In this document: piece after piece, positions 45,801-57,625 of the stretch
How positions within the stretch are numbered: position 1 is the first letter of the stretch
How the letters are laid out: each line of letters begins with the position of its first letter
Translations under genes and position numbers: made by a program
Assembly (NCBI GenBank): GCA_013416795.1
Contig: RQSC01000025.1
Coordinates: forward strand, 183,979-247,978
Reading direction: 5' to 3'
DNA from: Prasinococcaceae sp. CCMP 1430
Lineage: Eukaryota; Plantae; Prasinodermophyta
Length of the DNA: 64,000 bases
The notes under the pieces: model-generated
Told to the model about the DNA's origin: nothing
The model's database searches: none
What the model saw: only the letters and a program-made list of their open reading frames with translations

Positions 45801-48348
45801 TATTTCGGTGGCAATGGATGCTGCGCCCACCGTGCGTGCTGAGCTCGCTGCGGCACTGGCGCGTCTGCTCTCAGGACACGCCGACGCCTTCCGTGCACTG
45901 TCCAAGAAGGAGGTGCAGGCGTCCATGCTGAGTCGGGCGGCGTCTGTGCCGCACCACCTGCACGCCATCGTCGGCTCTGCTGGCTCGGGATCGACCCCCA
46001 TGAGTGCGGCGAGGTCCATGCGTCGGCGCGGTGAGGATGCCATGCGCGCGGCGTCTCCGAGCCCGACGGTGAGCGACCAGCCGCTGCGTGCAACGATGAT
46101 CGTGGGCGACGACCAGAGTCGCGCGGTGGCTGTTGAAGGAATGCGGGCTGCGCCATCGGCACCGGGCCCGGCCGCCGTCGCCGATGGATCTGGCAGCGCG
46201 CCCGACATGCGCGACGGCTTGCGGAAGCACGAGGGCATTGGCGTCGCTGCGCCTGCGACAGGGGCGGGGGCAGGGGCGATTGGCCAAGCACAGACTCGGG
46301 CCGACGACACCGACGTGGGCTGCGATGTCGACGATGAGCAGGACAACGACGACTCGACACACGGGGGCATGGTCATGGGTGAGGATCAGGTGTACTCGGA
46401 GGTCCTCGCTGCGGTAGTCAAGCTCGCGCGCGATCCTGCCCCGCGCGTCGCCGAGGTCGCCGTCGCTGCGCTTGCGGCAGCCGGGATTGAGGAGGTCCTC
46501 GGACCGTTTCGCCGGCAGGCGAATGCGCCAGATCCAGCGCCAACGCACCGGCGTAGCAGCAGTGGCTCGGGAAGCAGGTGGGGCCTAACTCGCATCGCCA
46601 GCTGGACAAGCAGGTCGAAGAAGTCCGTGCCGTCCACGCCCGACAGTACCGTGCGGGGCAGCAATGCAGTGGGCGCTCACCTGGCTGCAACATTGGAGGA
46701 TGAAGACCAGTCGCCACCGATCAGCAATCATACGCCTGCGCTGGGCCGCCCGGGGGTGATGATTCACGCGAGCCCGAGCAAGAGCACTTCCGCAACGCCG
46801 CGTGCCGTATCGCCCAGCGGTTCCGCTGCAAATGCTGGCGCGCCCCACTACGGCACTCCCGAGATCCCGAGTCTGCCTGGGGCGGTCGGGATGGAGCGGG
46901 GCGGGACCGGAAATGGCGGAGCAGAGAGCTTTGCGCCTGGGGAGCTGCCCACGACGCGTTTCTACAAGCGAAGCTGTCAGTACTTCAGCAGGCCAATGCT
47001 GGACACGTCAGAAGCGATGGATGCACACGAGTGCTCGATGGCAGCGATCGGCATCGGCTCGCCCCCCCCGTTCGTGGCGGAATCCACTCCGCGCTCGGTG
47101 CCGCGCAGCACGGCGGTGCCGCCGCGGCGCGCCCCTCTGCCGTTGCGCCGGCTGGCGGGCTCGCCGGTGCCTGCGCCCGCTGCTGACGCCACCCGCACAC
47201 AGCGCGAGGACTGGGCTGCCGACTGTGTGAGGCGCTGCCTGGACATGCGCCCCTCGCGCCTCTCCGAGCAGGTGGCGTCGCTTGAGGTGCAAGGTACCTC
47301 CGTCACCGCACTGCTGCCTGACCCCTTCTCACCGCTCATCGGAGTCGGTGACTCGGCGGGAAATGTCTCCCTGTGGGACTATCAGCACAACGCCGTGGTG
47401 AACGTGCTGCATGGCTCGACTGCGGGGCTCGGGGGATCTCTTGTGCCCGCGCGGGATGGCCCGGTTGACCAGCTTCTGATGCTCAATGAATTCGACTGCA
47501 GGCTAATGGCGGCTGGGTACGCCAATGGGACTGTGCGCGTGTGGCACTCCGCGACGCGCAGGAACGCGGTGCGTCTCGCGACGGCTTTCTCTGCCCTTCC
47601 AGCGGTGGCGACCAGCACGCGCGGCTCCGGCTCCCCTCCGTTGGCGCCGTCACCCTCGCAGCACTTGCGCAAGCGGAGTTCGACGGCCCTCGCATCGAAA
47701 AGGTTTTGCATGGACTGGCAGCAGATTCACGGGCGGTTGTTCACGGTCGGTGCCAACGTGGACAGCATGTTCGTTTGGGACCTCCAATCGGAGCGGCTCG
47801 CTGCGCGCATGCCTCTGCACACTGCGTCCAACCCGACGGCGCTGTGTGCGCGACCAGCGCGCGATGAGGTCGCGCTGGTTGGCTTCTCGGACGGTTGCGT
47901 GCGCTGCTTCGACCCCCGCGCGGGCGTCACCCCGGTATCGACGTCGAGGCCGCACAGCCGCACGGTGGTTGCCATCGCGGCAGAGCCTGGCCGCACGCAT
48001 GGCGGGCACGTAGTGACCGCGTCATCGGCGGGAGACATCTCGCTCTGGGACGTGCGCAACTCGAGCGCTGGGCCGCTGTGTCGCATCGAGGCGCACCGCT
48101 CCGCCATGACGGCCGCCGCCGTGCACGCGCACGCGCCCCTCCTCGCGACGGCCTCCGAGAGCGCGCACATCAAGGTCTTCGACCTCAAGGGTTCGCAGAT
48201 CAGCTGCATCAGATACCAGAATAGCTTCCTCGGTTCTCGCATCGCGTCGGTTGGCTGCCTGGCGTTCCACCCGTACTCAGGCATGCTCGTGACGGGCAGC
48301 GTGGAGCCAGCGAGCGTCAGCGTTTACACGGCCACTGAGACCCACTGA
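42887..48348 (+). CDS. RAPTOR: RAPTOR/KOG1 (TORC1 scaffold); join(42887..44047,44182..48348)
   Basis: [47 protein letters not shown]|[33 protein letters not shown], and a C-terminal WD40. Confidence 0.97.
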
Positions 48349-48625
48349 GGAGGCCACGCGCTGTAAGATGCTGCCAAGCTTTGTACGCGGTGACCTGTCG
48401 CGCGCCGCGTGTGTACAGTAGGCCGGACGCGCGCCACGGAGCTTTGTGCCGTTCAGATTCCCGGTGTTCTCTGAACGGCAAGTGTGGCTGGCCTGGCAGA
48501 CAGTAGTGAAGGAAGCCAAGGATGTGGACTAGCACGCGTTGGAAAAGAATATTTTGTTACTTGTCGGACAGGTCGCGAGTCCGGCGCGCGGGCACAACGG
48601 AGAAGCCACGCGTTGCGGCCCATGC

Positions 48626-51600
48626 TCACAGTGTTTGTCCGTGGGCCTCGTTCGACTTGTCCTCGGCCCACCGTTCAAGCGCAGCCGCATCCGCGCCGAG
48701 CTCCGCCTCGGTGACGCCCACGGGATCGAAGGGCGGTGAACCGAGCGACGCGAGCGCCTCGCGCACCGCGCGCGCGCGTGGCGCGTCAACCTCGAGCAGC
48801 ACGCCACGTGACGCGGAGAACTCTCCTTCGCCAGCACCGAAAGAGCCCCCGGCCTCACCCAGGTCTCCAAGCACGATGCGATAGCCCCCGGGACGCATGA
48901 TCCAATGCGCTGGGGGCGGAACCTCTGATTGCAGGAAAAGCGTCACGCGCAACACGGCAGCGCGCGGAGGCAGAGCTGAAACGTCCAGCACGCAAAGCGC
49001 GCCTCGCGCGAACGCCTCGCCAGCTGCAGGAGAGCGGCCGGCCACAAGCGCGCGCATGTGCGCAAGCGCTGCGCCGCGGCCGTCCCTCCCCTCCCACAGC
49101 GCATCGAGCAGGGCATGCTCCGTCGCAACGGCGGGAGCAGTCCTTTCGCCTCCTGCGCGCATGGCCGCCGCGGCGGCTAGCGCCGCCTGCAGCTCCCCGC
49201 GACCAAGAAGCGCGACGACGTCTGCGTCTCCAAAGTCGAGCGACGCTGCAGCTTGGAATGGCCGCGTGTTTGAGCTGCCACGCGCGCCCTCCGTCTGACG
49301 CGCATCGCAAGAGCTGAGCGCTGTGCTTTGCTTGTGCGCGTGCGCGCGACGCGGCCCGTCTGAAGCGGCCACAGCGCCGACCGGGTCCGACACGGAAGTT
49401 TGCCCACGTCCGTGCACGCTATCGCCCCTATCTCCGTCATTGCCGCTGACCAGCCCGGTCAGGTCCGACCCCGCGAGCCACTGCTCAAATTCCTCGGCGC
49501 CCGCGCCAAGCGTGGCCTCGTTCACCGACAGCGGGGTGAACGGCGCCCCGAGCGATGCGATCGCTTGGCTGACGCTCGCCACGCGGGCTGCTGCATGGGG
49601 ATCGGTCGCCGGGGCCATACGCTTGCCCTTGAGCCCGTGATGCGAGCGATCGTTGGTCCGGGCGCGCGCGAGAGCGAATGCTCGGTCAGCAGCGAGGCCA
49701 CACGAGGAATGGCTGTCCGCACGCGCTCACTCACGCGCACCACTACAGAGAGCGCGAGCTCGCACCTGCAAGTTGCTCTCCGCTAACGCGATCAAATATC
49801 CCGTGGGCTGCACGCCTGGCGGCGGCACCTCAGACCGCAGCCACACCAGCAAGCGCGCGACCGCCACGCGCGGCGTGCAGCCGTCGAGACTGAGCTGCAG
49901 ACCGCGCCCTGAGACCTCGGTCGACACTCCAACCGCCGGGTAGCGCAGCTCGGCGAAGATCTCGGTGTACTCGAGGGCCTCAGCTCGACGTCCCCCGGCC
50001 CACAGCGCGTCAATAGCCGCGCAGACGAGCTCCGCGCTGGGGCGCACACCGTCGGCGCTCATTTCGCCGAGCATGACAAGCGCGCCGTCGACGTTGCCGG
50101 AGTGAAGCTCGCGCAGGGCAATTGAATTTCGCTGCGCGGCCGCCTCATTGGCCGCAAGAAGGATGCCGTTCACGCGCGAGACTGCCTCCTCCCCGCCCAC
50201 ATCGAGCTCCCCGCGCTCGCACGCGCCCAAAAGCGCCTCTACCAGTGGTTCGAGGTGTGCCTGTGCCGCACCAGCCGCCTGCATGCGCTCTGCAAGCAGC
50301 GTGGCCTCGTCCACCAATCCGGTGCGAACGAGCCGCTGGCCCTGGCGAGCGTACCATGGCGCGTCCGCTGGATGCGCTCGCAGCGCCTGTTCGACCACGC
50401 CAAAGAGCTGCCGCAAGGCGCCGGGCGAGTCACGCCAAGGGAGGCGCGGGGGCGTGCTCCCAACGGCATCGCCGGCGCCTGTGGCGCCCGCTACGCCGCC
50501 TCGCGCCCGCCGACGGGCATGCGCCAGTGAACGCGGCACGAGCTCGTGCACAAGCGCCTTGCAAAAGTGGCGCAGGCCGCCGTCGCCGTCACCACCATCA
50601 CCAGTCCTGCCGCCGGCGTCCTCATTCGCGCGAGCCACGGTCCCAGCATCGGCTGTAGGGGTGCCGCCACCCTCCGCGAGCGCCTCGGCGAGGATGACCG
50701 CTTCCTGCACGCGATTCGAGCGCACCATCTCGAGGCCCAGCCGCGTGAAGAGACGCCCGCCCTCGCAGAACGGTCGCAGCCCGGCGTTGCCTGTCACGGC
50801 GAGCGCATCTGCCATGCGCACCGCCTGCCGTGCTCGGCCCACGCGGCGCAGCGCGGCACCCATCGCGCGGTAGAGGGCAGGATCCGCTACCGTCCTTCCC
50901 GGTGTCATCCCATAGCCCGCGTCACGCGCACCTGCGGCCAGCGCCTCCACGAAAGCGCCCGCGGCGGCGCCGTCCCCACTGCAGGTGCCGAACTCGTCGA
51001 GGAGCGCGCGGGCTTCCCCGAGCGCACCCGCGCGCGATAGCACGCGCGCGAGGGACCGGTACACCCCGAGCGTCATGGTGCCGGTGTGGTTGTCCGCAAG
51101 CGAGCGCATGTGACGGACGACTTCGATAGCGAGCGATGCGGTGCCGTCCGCGCACGCGGCGCGGAAGAGCGACGCGGCGGTGTCTTTGGTGAGTAGCGAG
51201 GTCATCTCCCCCTCGTCAGCGGCCGCGCGGGCCCCCGTCCACGCGGCTCCAAGCATGAGCATCGCCTCGGCCCCGAGCTGCTGCCGCAGCACCGGCGGCG
51301 CATTTGCGACCTGCGCGAGCGCTGTGTCGACGTGCTTCGCGCACAGCCCGACGCCGCGCGGGAGCACGCTGGCGCCGCGCGCCGCGACAATGCACGCGGC
51401 CTCGGCAGGAACCCCGCCGAGCAGTGCGTCTAGCACGTCCGCGGACCACACGATGCTCTCGTCTGCCACGCACTGCCCGAGCAGCTGGAGCACGTGCCAG
51501 TCGGTGGGAGCGTCGACCATGCTCACCGCGAGATCGCGCAGCGGCTCAGCCCCTTCCCCAGCGCCACCCACACGGCGCGCACGCGCACGGCAAAAGGCGT

Positions 51601-52033
51601 CGTATTCAGCGCTGAGCGGTCGCAGCGGGCGCGCGGAGAGCGGGGGCTGCTTCATGGCCGGCCGGTCGCCACGCCGGCCTGCGCTCTGAACTGGCTGTCG
51701 CGCCCTTGCCAACGAATCGCGTAGCCCACCAGGACCACCGTGCTGGCGCGCCTGGTCAAGCCGCGCCTGCGCATGCCGCCGCGCTTCGTTGCGCATGCCC
51801 GAGCGGAGTGCGCCGAGCATGATCCCCACCGGGTCATCCGCGTCGGTGCCGCTGCCCCCTTCAGCCCACGGAGCGTCTACCCTCCGCCTCACGCCGCCGC
51901 TGCCGGCACCGCCGCTGCTGAAGCTGCGCCCCTCGTGCGCGCGTCGGCCGCCTCTGCTCTCAGTGTTGCCGCCGCGGCCGCCACCGCTGTTGCTGTTGCC
52001 TGGCGCGGCGCGCCCCTGCGCTGCGGCCGTCAC
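48626..52033 (-). CDS. PPR-like helical-repeat protein with two C-terminal SMR-like domains; intron 49628..49765; start uncertain
   Basis: PPR-like helices (VYRSLARVLSRAG.L.EA..LLDEF; ALRELHSGNVDGALVMLGEMSADGVRPSAELVCAAIDALW..GR..EA). Two blocks each have L(S/D)..L...AV..L ... V..A(I/L)ASLG(A/S)P.F ... (E)W. Confidence 0.7.
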
Positions 52034-52473
52034 GGCCGCAGCTGCTGCGCGCTGCGGCTTAAAGCACCACCGCGATCACGTACACCGCGGTGNGCTGTAG
52101 TTGCGGCAGCTCAGGCGGCGGGCAGCGCTAGGATGGGCGGATGTGCTTGCACAGCAGCGCAAGCGCTACCGCCGGCCGTTCCTCTCTCGCCGCGCTACGG
52201 CACCGTGCGGGGCGTGGTGATGCACAAGGAGCTCGGCGCGCCCGTCGCGGCACCGCGGGCGGTGCACGCGCAATTGCACGGCTCCGCTGGTGCGACCGTC
52301 ACCGTGCGTCACCCGCTCACCCTCACCATTGCCACTGTTGAGGGTGGAGCACAGATGCATGTGCGTGTGGGCGCTCACGTCACCAGCAGCCTGCCACCTG
52401 GCTGCAGCGAGGGCGCGCTGGTGCACGTCTGCGTGCGCGCGGTTCGTCCGGAGGGAGAACAACACAGCCCGCC

Positions 52474-54690
52474 TTGCACGAGCGCGCCGCCGCGGCCGTC
52501 GCGTCCGCTGACGTGTGGCTGGCGTACGTGCGCCTTCTCATGGAGCAGACGCCGGGGGTAGAGGATCTCGAACAGACGGCCGTGGAAACGGTGCGCGACG
52601 GCTTCGAGCGCGCCCTCGCGTCCGTTGGCCTCCACGTTGACTGCGGCAGCCGCCTGTGGGAGGCGTTTGCGGCTTTCGAGGGCGCGGTGGCGGACGCGCT
52701 CGCTGAGGCTGGGGATGCCGAAGCGGAGCGTGCGGAGCGGCGAGCGAACGACGTGCTTTGGCGGTGGGCGCGCCTGCCTCTGGAGGGGTCGTCGCGCGCC
52801 ATAACTATGTGGAAGGAGCGCCACGCAGGCGATGGCGAGGACGTGCCCAGCGACCTCGCGGGGCACTTCTCAGCCGCCATGGCGCGCCTCGACCAGCTGC
52901 GGCCATACGAGGAGATGGTCAAGCAGCCGGCATGTAGCGAGTCGGCGTGGCTCCAGTACGCGCAGTACGAGGCCCGGTCGAAGGAGGCCTCGGCTCCCAT
53001 GCGCGCCATTGCAGTCCACGAGCGGGCCGTGACCGCCAAACCGCACTCGTCTGAGCTGTGGCGGGCCTACGTCGATGCGTGCGTCTCGCAGCGCGACCGC
53101 GCGCGGGTGCTCGCCCGCGCAGTGTGCGGTGTGCCTTGGGATGTCACGCTCCAGGCGATGCACCTTCGCAGTCTCGAGAGAAATGGGGAGGATGGTATCG
53201 AGGCGTTCAACGCCGCCGTCGCGTCGGCGTGCGGCCTCAACGAGGTGGCGGAGCTCTACAAGCAGCGCGCCGACGCCCTTCGGCGCAACGTGCTGCCCAC
53301 CGGCTTCGATGGGGGCGCCACCGCAGACGACGCCGAGGGCGTCATGGCCCTCAATGACCTGCTCAGTGGGGCAATCGCGTACATGCGCACCGCCGCGCCT
53401 CAGTACCCCGGTCTCTCGTTGCGATTCGTCGAATACCTGGCGGACATGCGCACGCGACTCGAGGGAGACACGGACGCGACGGACGTGCTGTGGGACGAGG
53501 AGCTCAAGTTGAATGGCCGCTTCGCGCCGGCGTGGGAGGCCGCTGTGAAGCAAGCGCGCGACAGGGGCTCGGCGGCCAGGGCGAGGGCGCTGCTTCGTCG
53601 ATGCCACGCTCGGGCGTTCCCCGACGACCCCACGGCGACCGCCCGGCTTGCTGCCCTGTGGATCGACCTCGAGGCGCGGGAGGGGACGCTCGAGGACTAC
53701 GAGAGCGCCCTCGCGAAGACGGCCAAGGCCACAGGGCAGCAGTACGACAGGGTTCTCGCCGCAGAGCGGAGGGAACGGAGGGAGCAGGAGGCCCGTCAGG
53801 CTAGCGAGGAACGCAGGGAGCGAGAGAGCGCGGCGCGATTGGAGAGCCGCCGAGCCAAGGCAGAGCACAAGCGCGAGAAGTTGAAGAGCAAGCAAAAGGT
53901 ACGTCCTGCCCGCGCCCCGGCGCCGACCGCGGCGCCCGCCTGCGCGAGCCACGGATGCGCGGAGGTCCCTGCGCGCGCGCGCCGGGGCACTCGGCCAGGT
54001 GGATGGCACGGCTCGCTGACGCGCGCGCGCTGGCTCCGGCGCGTCGTCGCACGCGCTCCACAGGCCAAGGCGAGGGAGAGCGCGATCGTCCCTGACGATG
54101 CGCCTCTTTGCAAGTGCGGGGTCAAGTCGCAGCTTAAGACGGTCTGGAAGGAGGGCGCGCACAAGGGCAAACAGTACTTCTCGTGCGCCAAAGCGGAGTG
54201 CAACTACTTTGCCTGGAGGGAAGCAATCGACGCCGTTCGGGCCGCCGGCGGCGCCGACGCCGACGCCGAAGGCTATGGTGGAGGCAGGCAAAAAAAGCAG
54301 CAAGGCCGCGATCCGGGCGGGCGGGGCGGCGGGCGAGGCGGCGGGCGGGCGCGCGGCGGCCTCGGTTTCGGGAGAGGCAGGGGTCGCGGGCTCGGCCGTG
54401 GCGTCCCTGACCGTTCCCGCGACGGCGGAGACCGCGAACACCGCGAAGACCGCGAAGACGGCGGCGGGAAGCGCAAGCGCGAGGGCGAGGATGCACAGAC
54501 GCCCGACTCGGCCGGGGGCGGCAGCGGCGGCGCTTCGAAGCGCGCCAAGCCTGCGCCAGCGCCCTTCGCAGCATTCATGCCGCGCGCCGTCGCATCAAAA
54601 GGGGTGGCTGGCGCCTCCGCAGGCACGGCGAGGCCGCGAACGAACGATGACTTCCGCTCACTCCTCAGCAAAGGAGACGGGCCAAAGTAG
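52474..54690 (+). CDS. SART3/Prp24-like HAT-repeat protein with GRF zinc finger and C-terminal LSm-interaction motif; intron 53899..54063; N-terminus missing
   Basis: HAT repeats (VRDGFERAL..VGLHV..GSRLWEAF..FE; W.QY.QYE; HERAV; LWIDLE.REGTLEDY). Zinc finger CKCG..S...TV.KEG.HKGKQYFSC....CNYFAW. Terminal RTNDDFRSLL. Confidence 0.8.
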   Translation: MHERAAAAVASADVWLAYVRLLMEQTPGVEDLEQTAVETVRDGFERALASVGLHVDCGSRLWEAFAAFEGAVADALAEAGDAEAERAERRANDVLWRWARLPLEGSSRAITMWKERHAGDGEDVPSDLAGHFSAAMARLDQLRPYEEMVKQPACSESAWLQYAQYEARSKEASAPMRAIAVHERAVTAKPHSSELWRAYVDACVSQRDRARVLARAVCGVPWDVTLQAMHLRSLERNGEDGIEAFNAAVASACGLNEVAELYKQRADALRRNVLPTGFDGGATADDAEGVMALNDLLSGAIAYMRTAAPQYPGLSLRFVEYLADMRTRLEGDTDATDVLWDEELKLNGRFAPAWEAAVKQARDRGSAARARALLRRCHARAFPDDPTATARLAALWIDLEAREGTLEDYESALAKTAKATGQQYDRVLAAERRERREQEARQASEERRERESAARLESRRAKAEHKREKLKSKQKVRPARAPAPTAAPACASHGCAEVPARARRGTRPGGWHGSLTRARWLRRVVARAPQAKARESAIVPDDAPLCKCGVKSQLKTVWKEGAHKGKQYFSCAKAECNYFAWREAIDAVRAAGGADADAEGYGGGRQKKQQGRDPGGRGGGRGGGRARGGLGFGRGRGRGLGRGVPDRSRDGGDREHREDREDGGGKRKREGEDAQTPDSAGGGSGGASKRAKPAPAPFAAFMPRAVASKGVAGASAGTARPRTNDDFRSLLSKGDGPK

Positions 54691-54991
54691 GGCCCCGCGC
54701 GCGTGGGACGCGGTGGCGCGGGCGGGGCACTCGCAGGACGTCGGCGCGGTCGCCGCCCGCGCGCCAGACCGGCTGACGGTCGACACGCACGGCTCTGTGA
54801 GAGAATGAGCGAAGCTCCGTTGAAACGAGGATGATGCGCGACCCGAGCGGACAGACATGCGCGCCGCGCTGTGCCGCGCGGCGTCTTTCCATCGCGCGCG
54901 CGTCCCTGCTCCCGGCAGCGACGGTCCGGCCGGGCGCGCGCGCGCGCAGGGGCGCCGCGCTGCCGCCCGGTGGGCGCGACCGCGCGACATC

Positions 54992-55650
54992 TCACGAGAG
55001 CATTGACATGTTGAGCGCGCCATCGTCGCTGAGGTCGAGCCCCGCGAGGACGGCGGAGAGCGCGACGAGCGCGGCGCCAGCGATGGGCGCCCAGGCCGCC
55101 GGCGCGGCGCTCGCGATCTTGGAGCCCTCCATTCGGCCCGTGCCGGTGGACCGCGCGGGGTCCTCCCGCCATCGCTGCGCGTCCGCCGGGGCCCGCGCCC
55201 CGGCCTGCGACGAGTCGGCGCTCGCCTCGAGCCACTGGAAGGCCCCGTCGGCGCCGCCGGCGTCCTCGGAGTCGAAGCGGATGCCAAGGATCTCTCCGCA
55301 GCGCTCGCGCACATCGTCCTCGTTCTCGCCCTCGCCTGCGTGATCGGCGGCGCGCAGCGGGGCGTGCCACGCGACCGCGCAGCGTCGAGGCATCGCGAGC
55401 GACGCGGCGCGCGCGGCCTGGCGCGCGCCCGCCGACGGGCCCTCTCCGCTCCCCTCGTCCTCGCCCTCGCCCTCCTCCTCGTCGTCGCCCTCGTCAAAGA
55501 GGAGCTCCACACGCGCGCGCAGCGAGCCCACGACGTCCGAAGCCAGGTCTGCCAGCGCCTGCCCCATGCTCTCTCGCGCGTGCGCGAACGAGAGCGCCGC
55601 CACGGCGCCGCCGATCGCCGCGGCGCCGGCGGTGGCGGGCCTGCACCGCG
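54992..55650 (-). CDS. Possible hypothetical protein with acidic tract and C-terminal hydrophobic segment
   Basis: Open frame with DEGDDEEEGEGEDEG and AWAPIAGAALVALSAVLAG. No family recognised, and its 5' part overlaps an opposite-strand frame. Confidence 0.3.
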
Positions 55651-55727
55651 CGCGTTCGCAAAGGGAGGCCGAGCTCGGTCCAGGGACGCTGCGAGCGCTG
55701 GTGAACGGCCTCACGGTGGTGCGAATG

Positions 55728-56381
55728 GCCGAGAGGCAGCAGCTGTGGCAGAGACCCCCGCGCGATGACAGTGATTCGACCAATGCACGGCCTGGAGACG
55801 ACGCGCGACGTAGCTCGCCTCATGCGCGGCTGCTGTTGGCGAGCGCCGAGGAAGAAGAGGTGACAGGGGAGGCGTCAGATCACGAGAGCGTCGCGTTTGG
55901 CCAAATGGAGAGCGCGGGGGCAACGGACACTACATTGAAGCAGCTCCGGGCGTCTGAACAGCTACAGACGCCCGCCACCAATGGTGACCCGGCAGCGCCT
56001 TCACGTCGCGCATGCGCGCCGACGTATTTCATTGTCGGCGCGCGCAAGGGCGGAACGACCGCGCTCTTCCGATTGCTATTAGAAGCGGCGCCTGGTGCCG
56101 TTATCGCCACCCCCGAACTACTGCGCGAGGGTGACACTCCCGGTGCGCGCAGCCCAAGGGCAGAGGCGCTCGCTGGCGAGACGGGCTTCTTTGCGCGCCC
56201 GCGTACGATTGTCGCGGCGCGCGCGCAGCTGCGCGCGCATGGAGGACATGGCGCCGACAGTCATCCCAATCGGGCGAGGCGATCACGACCTCTGGCGAAC
56301 TCGGAAACCAAGGCCAGGGAGCTCAACGTTTCCGAGCACGCACTCACGTTGCCTGTGACCAAGGGACGTCTTCACAAGTAA
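55728..56381 (+). pseudogene. Truncated PAPS-dependent sulfotransferase (HS3ST-like 5'-PSB motif)
   Basis: APTYFIVGARKGGTTALFRLL followed by GETGFF. No 3'-PB motif before the stop at 56381. Confidence 0.55.
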
Positions 56382-57274
56382 ATGAGTTCCTCACGGGACG
56401 CACGACTGAAACGATGGAGCGCAATCGCCTTGCGCTCTGCGTTGCGCTTGTTGTATTTTTCACGCGTCGCCTTGATCATTGCTGGCGCGATTGTGTCCAT
56501 AACGCTGACACTATGGCCGCTTTTCTTCGCCGCGCGCATCCACTCTGCCACATCGGCAATGCAGGCCTTGTTTTCAACACGGTAGTGTTCGATCTTGAGA
56601 GCGACAGCATCCATCTCGCAATCGGCATCGTCATCTCCAACGCGGAGGAGCTCCGCCTCGCGCTTGACCCCCTCGAATATCAGACGGTAGCGCTCACGGC
56701 GTGACGCCTGTGTCTGCACGGCCTTGCCCGTGTTTCCGGTGCGGGTGTAGCGCATCGGAGGTGTGCCTGTTGGAGTACCAGCGCCGCCACCCTCGCTCGC
56801 ATTGCCTGCCTCGGTTGCTTTGGTCGCGGCCACTGCATCGGCCCAGATCGCCATTGCTTCTGGGATTGTTGCAGCCTTGCCTACTGCCAGCGCAGACTTC
56901 AGTGGGGCACAAGGCTCACTCACAATATTGTCGATGGCCATCGCTGCCCCTGCACTGCGTGCTGGTACCCCGCCGCTCCCGCCACTGCCACTGCCACTGC
57001 CGCCAGCGCTGCCGCCCTGCAATGACACGCCGTGTCCCACCGCCTCAAGCGCCGCCACGTGCTGCTGAACCACTATGCGGCGATGCTCATCGTACTGACG
57101 CTCCACAGTCGCCTCCAGGCGGTCGAAGCGCTGGTGCACAGAGTCTAGCACCTCCCGGCGTTCGAGCTGCTGCTGGCTCATGCAAGTATCTGGCGCGTCG
57201 ACGATGGCCAACTGGCGTGTACTCCAGCTCTCCCATGCGTCCTTGGCATGGGAGAGCCAGGTGTATGGCAGCAT
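56372..57274 (-). mobile_element. 5'-truncated ORF with GCR1_C-like C-terminal domain (Crypton-like remnant)
   Basis: ATIPEAMAIW ... SRRERYRLIFEGVKR ... AVALKIEHYR....IADVAEWMR resembles GCR1_C. Composition is visibly less GC-rich than neighbouring genes. The ORF's ATG coincides with the junction to the subtelomeric element copy. Confidence 0.4.
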
Positions 57275-57625
57275 GCGCAGATGTACGAGATCTACTACGC
57301 CGCCTCGCTGCGTTGACGAGCGTTGAGGCTCGCCCTACGCTCGATGAACACGTCGGAAGGCGACTTCGTGGTAGAGAACTGCCTCGCGACGGCCGAGCAA
57401 GAGCATCATCGAGAGCGTATGATGCGATACGAAGCAAGAGCAGAGCTCGCGGCCGTGTAATAGTACGTCAAGTGCGCATACCTACATGTCTCAGCATGCC
57501 TATCAATGAGAAAACGCCCCCTTGCGTCGAGTGTCCAGCGAACAGCCGCCGAGCATTCCGACGCTGCCTCCAAGCGCCAACAGCGCCATCAATGATCCTC
57601 CCGCCCCTCATCTGCAATATCAAAA
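57274..57625 (+). repeat. Subtelomeric element copy (degenerate, premature TGA, internal deletion)
   Basis: Aligns by eye with 63078-63420 (tgcgcagatgtacgagatctactacgccgcc...). CGA->TGA occurs in the ORF. It jumps from ccctcat directly to ctgcaatatcaaaa. Confidence 0.9.

Noticed and set aside
52094-52473. Frame upstream of the SART3-like gene as its N-terminus
   Set aside because: It lies in a different frame, is not HAT-like, and starts at a single N. It is probably an unrelated fragment.
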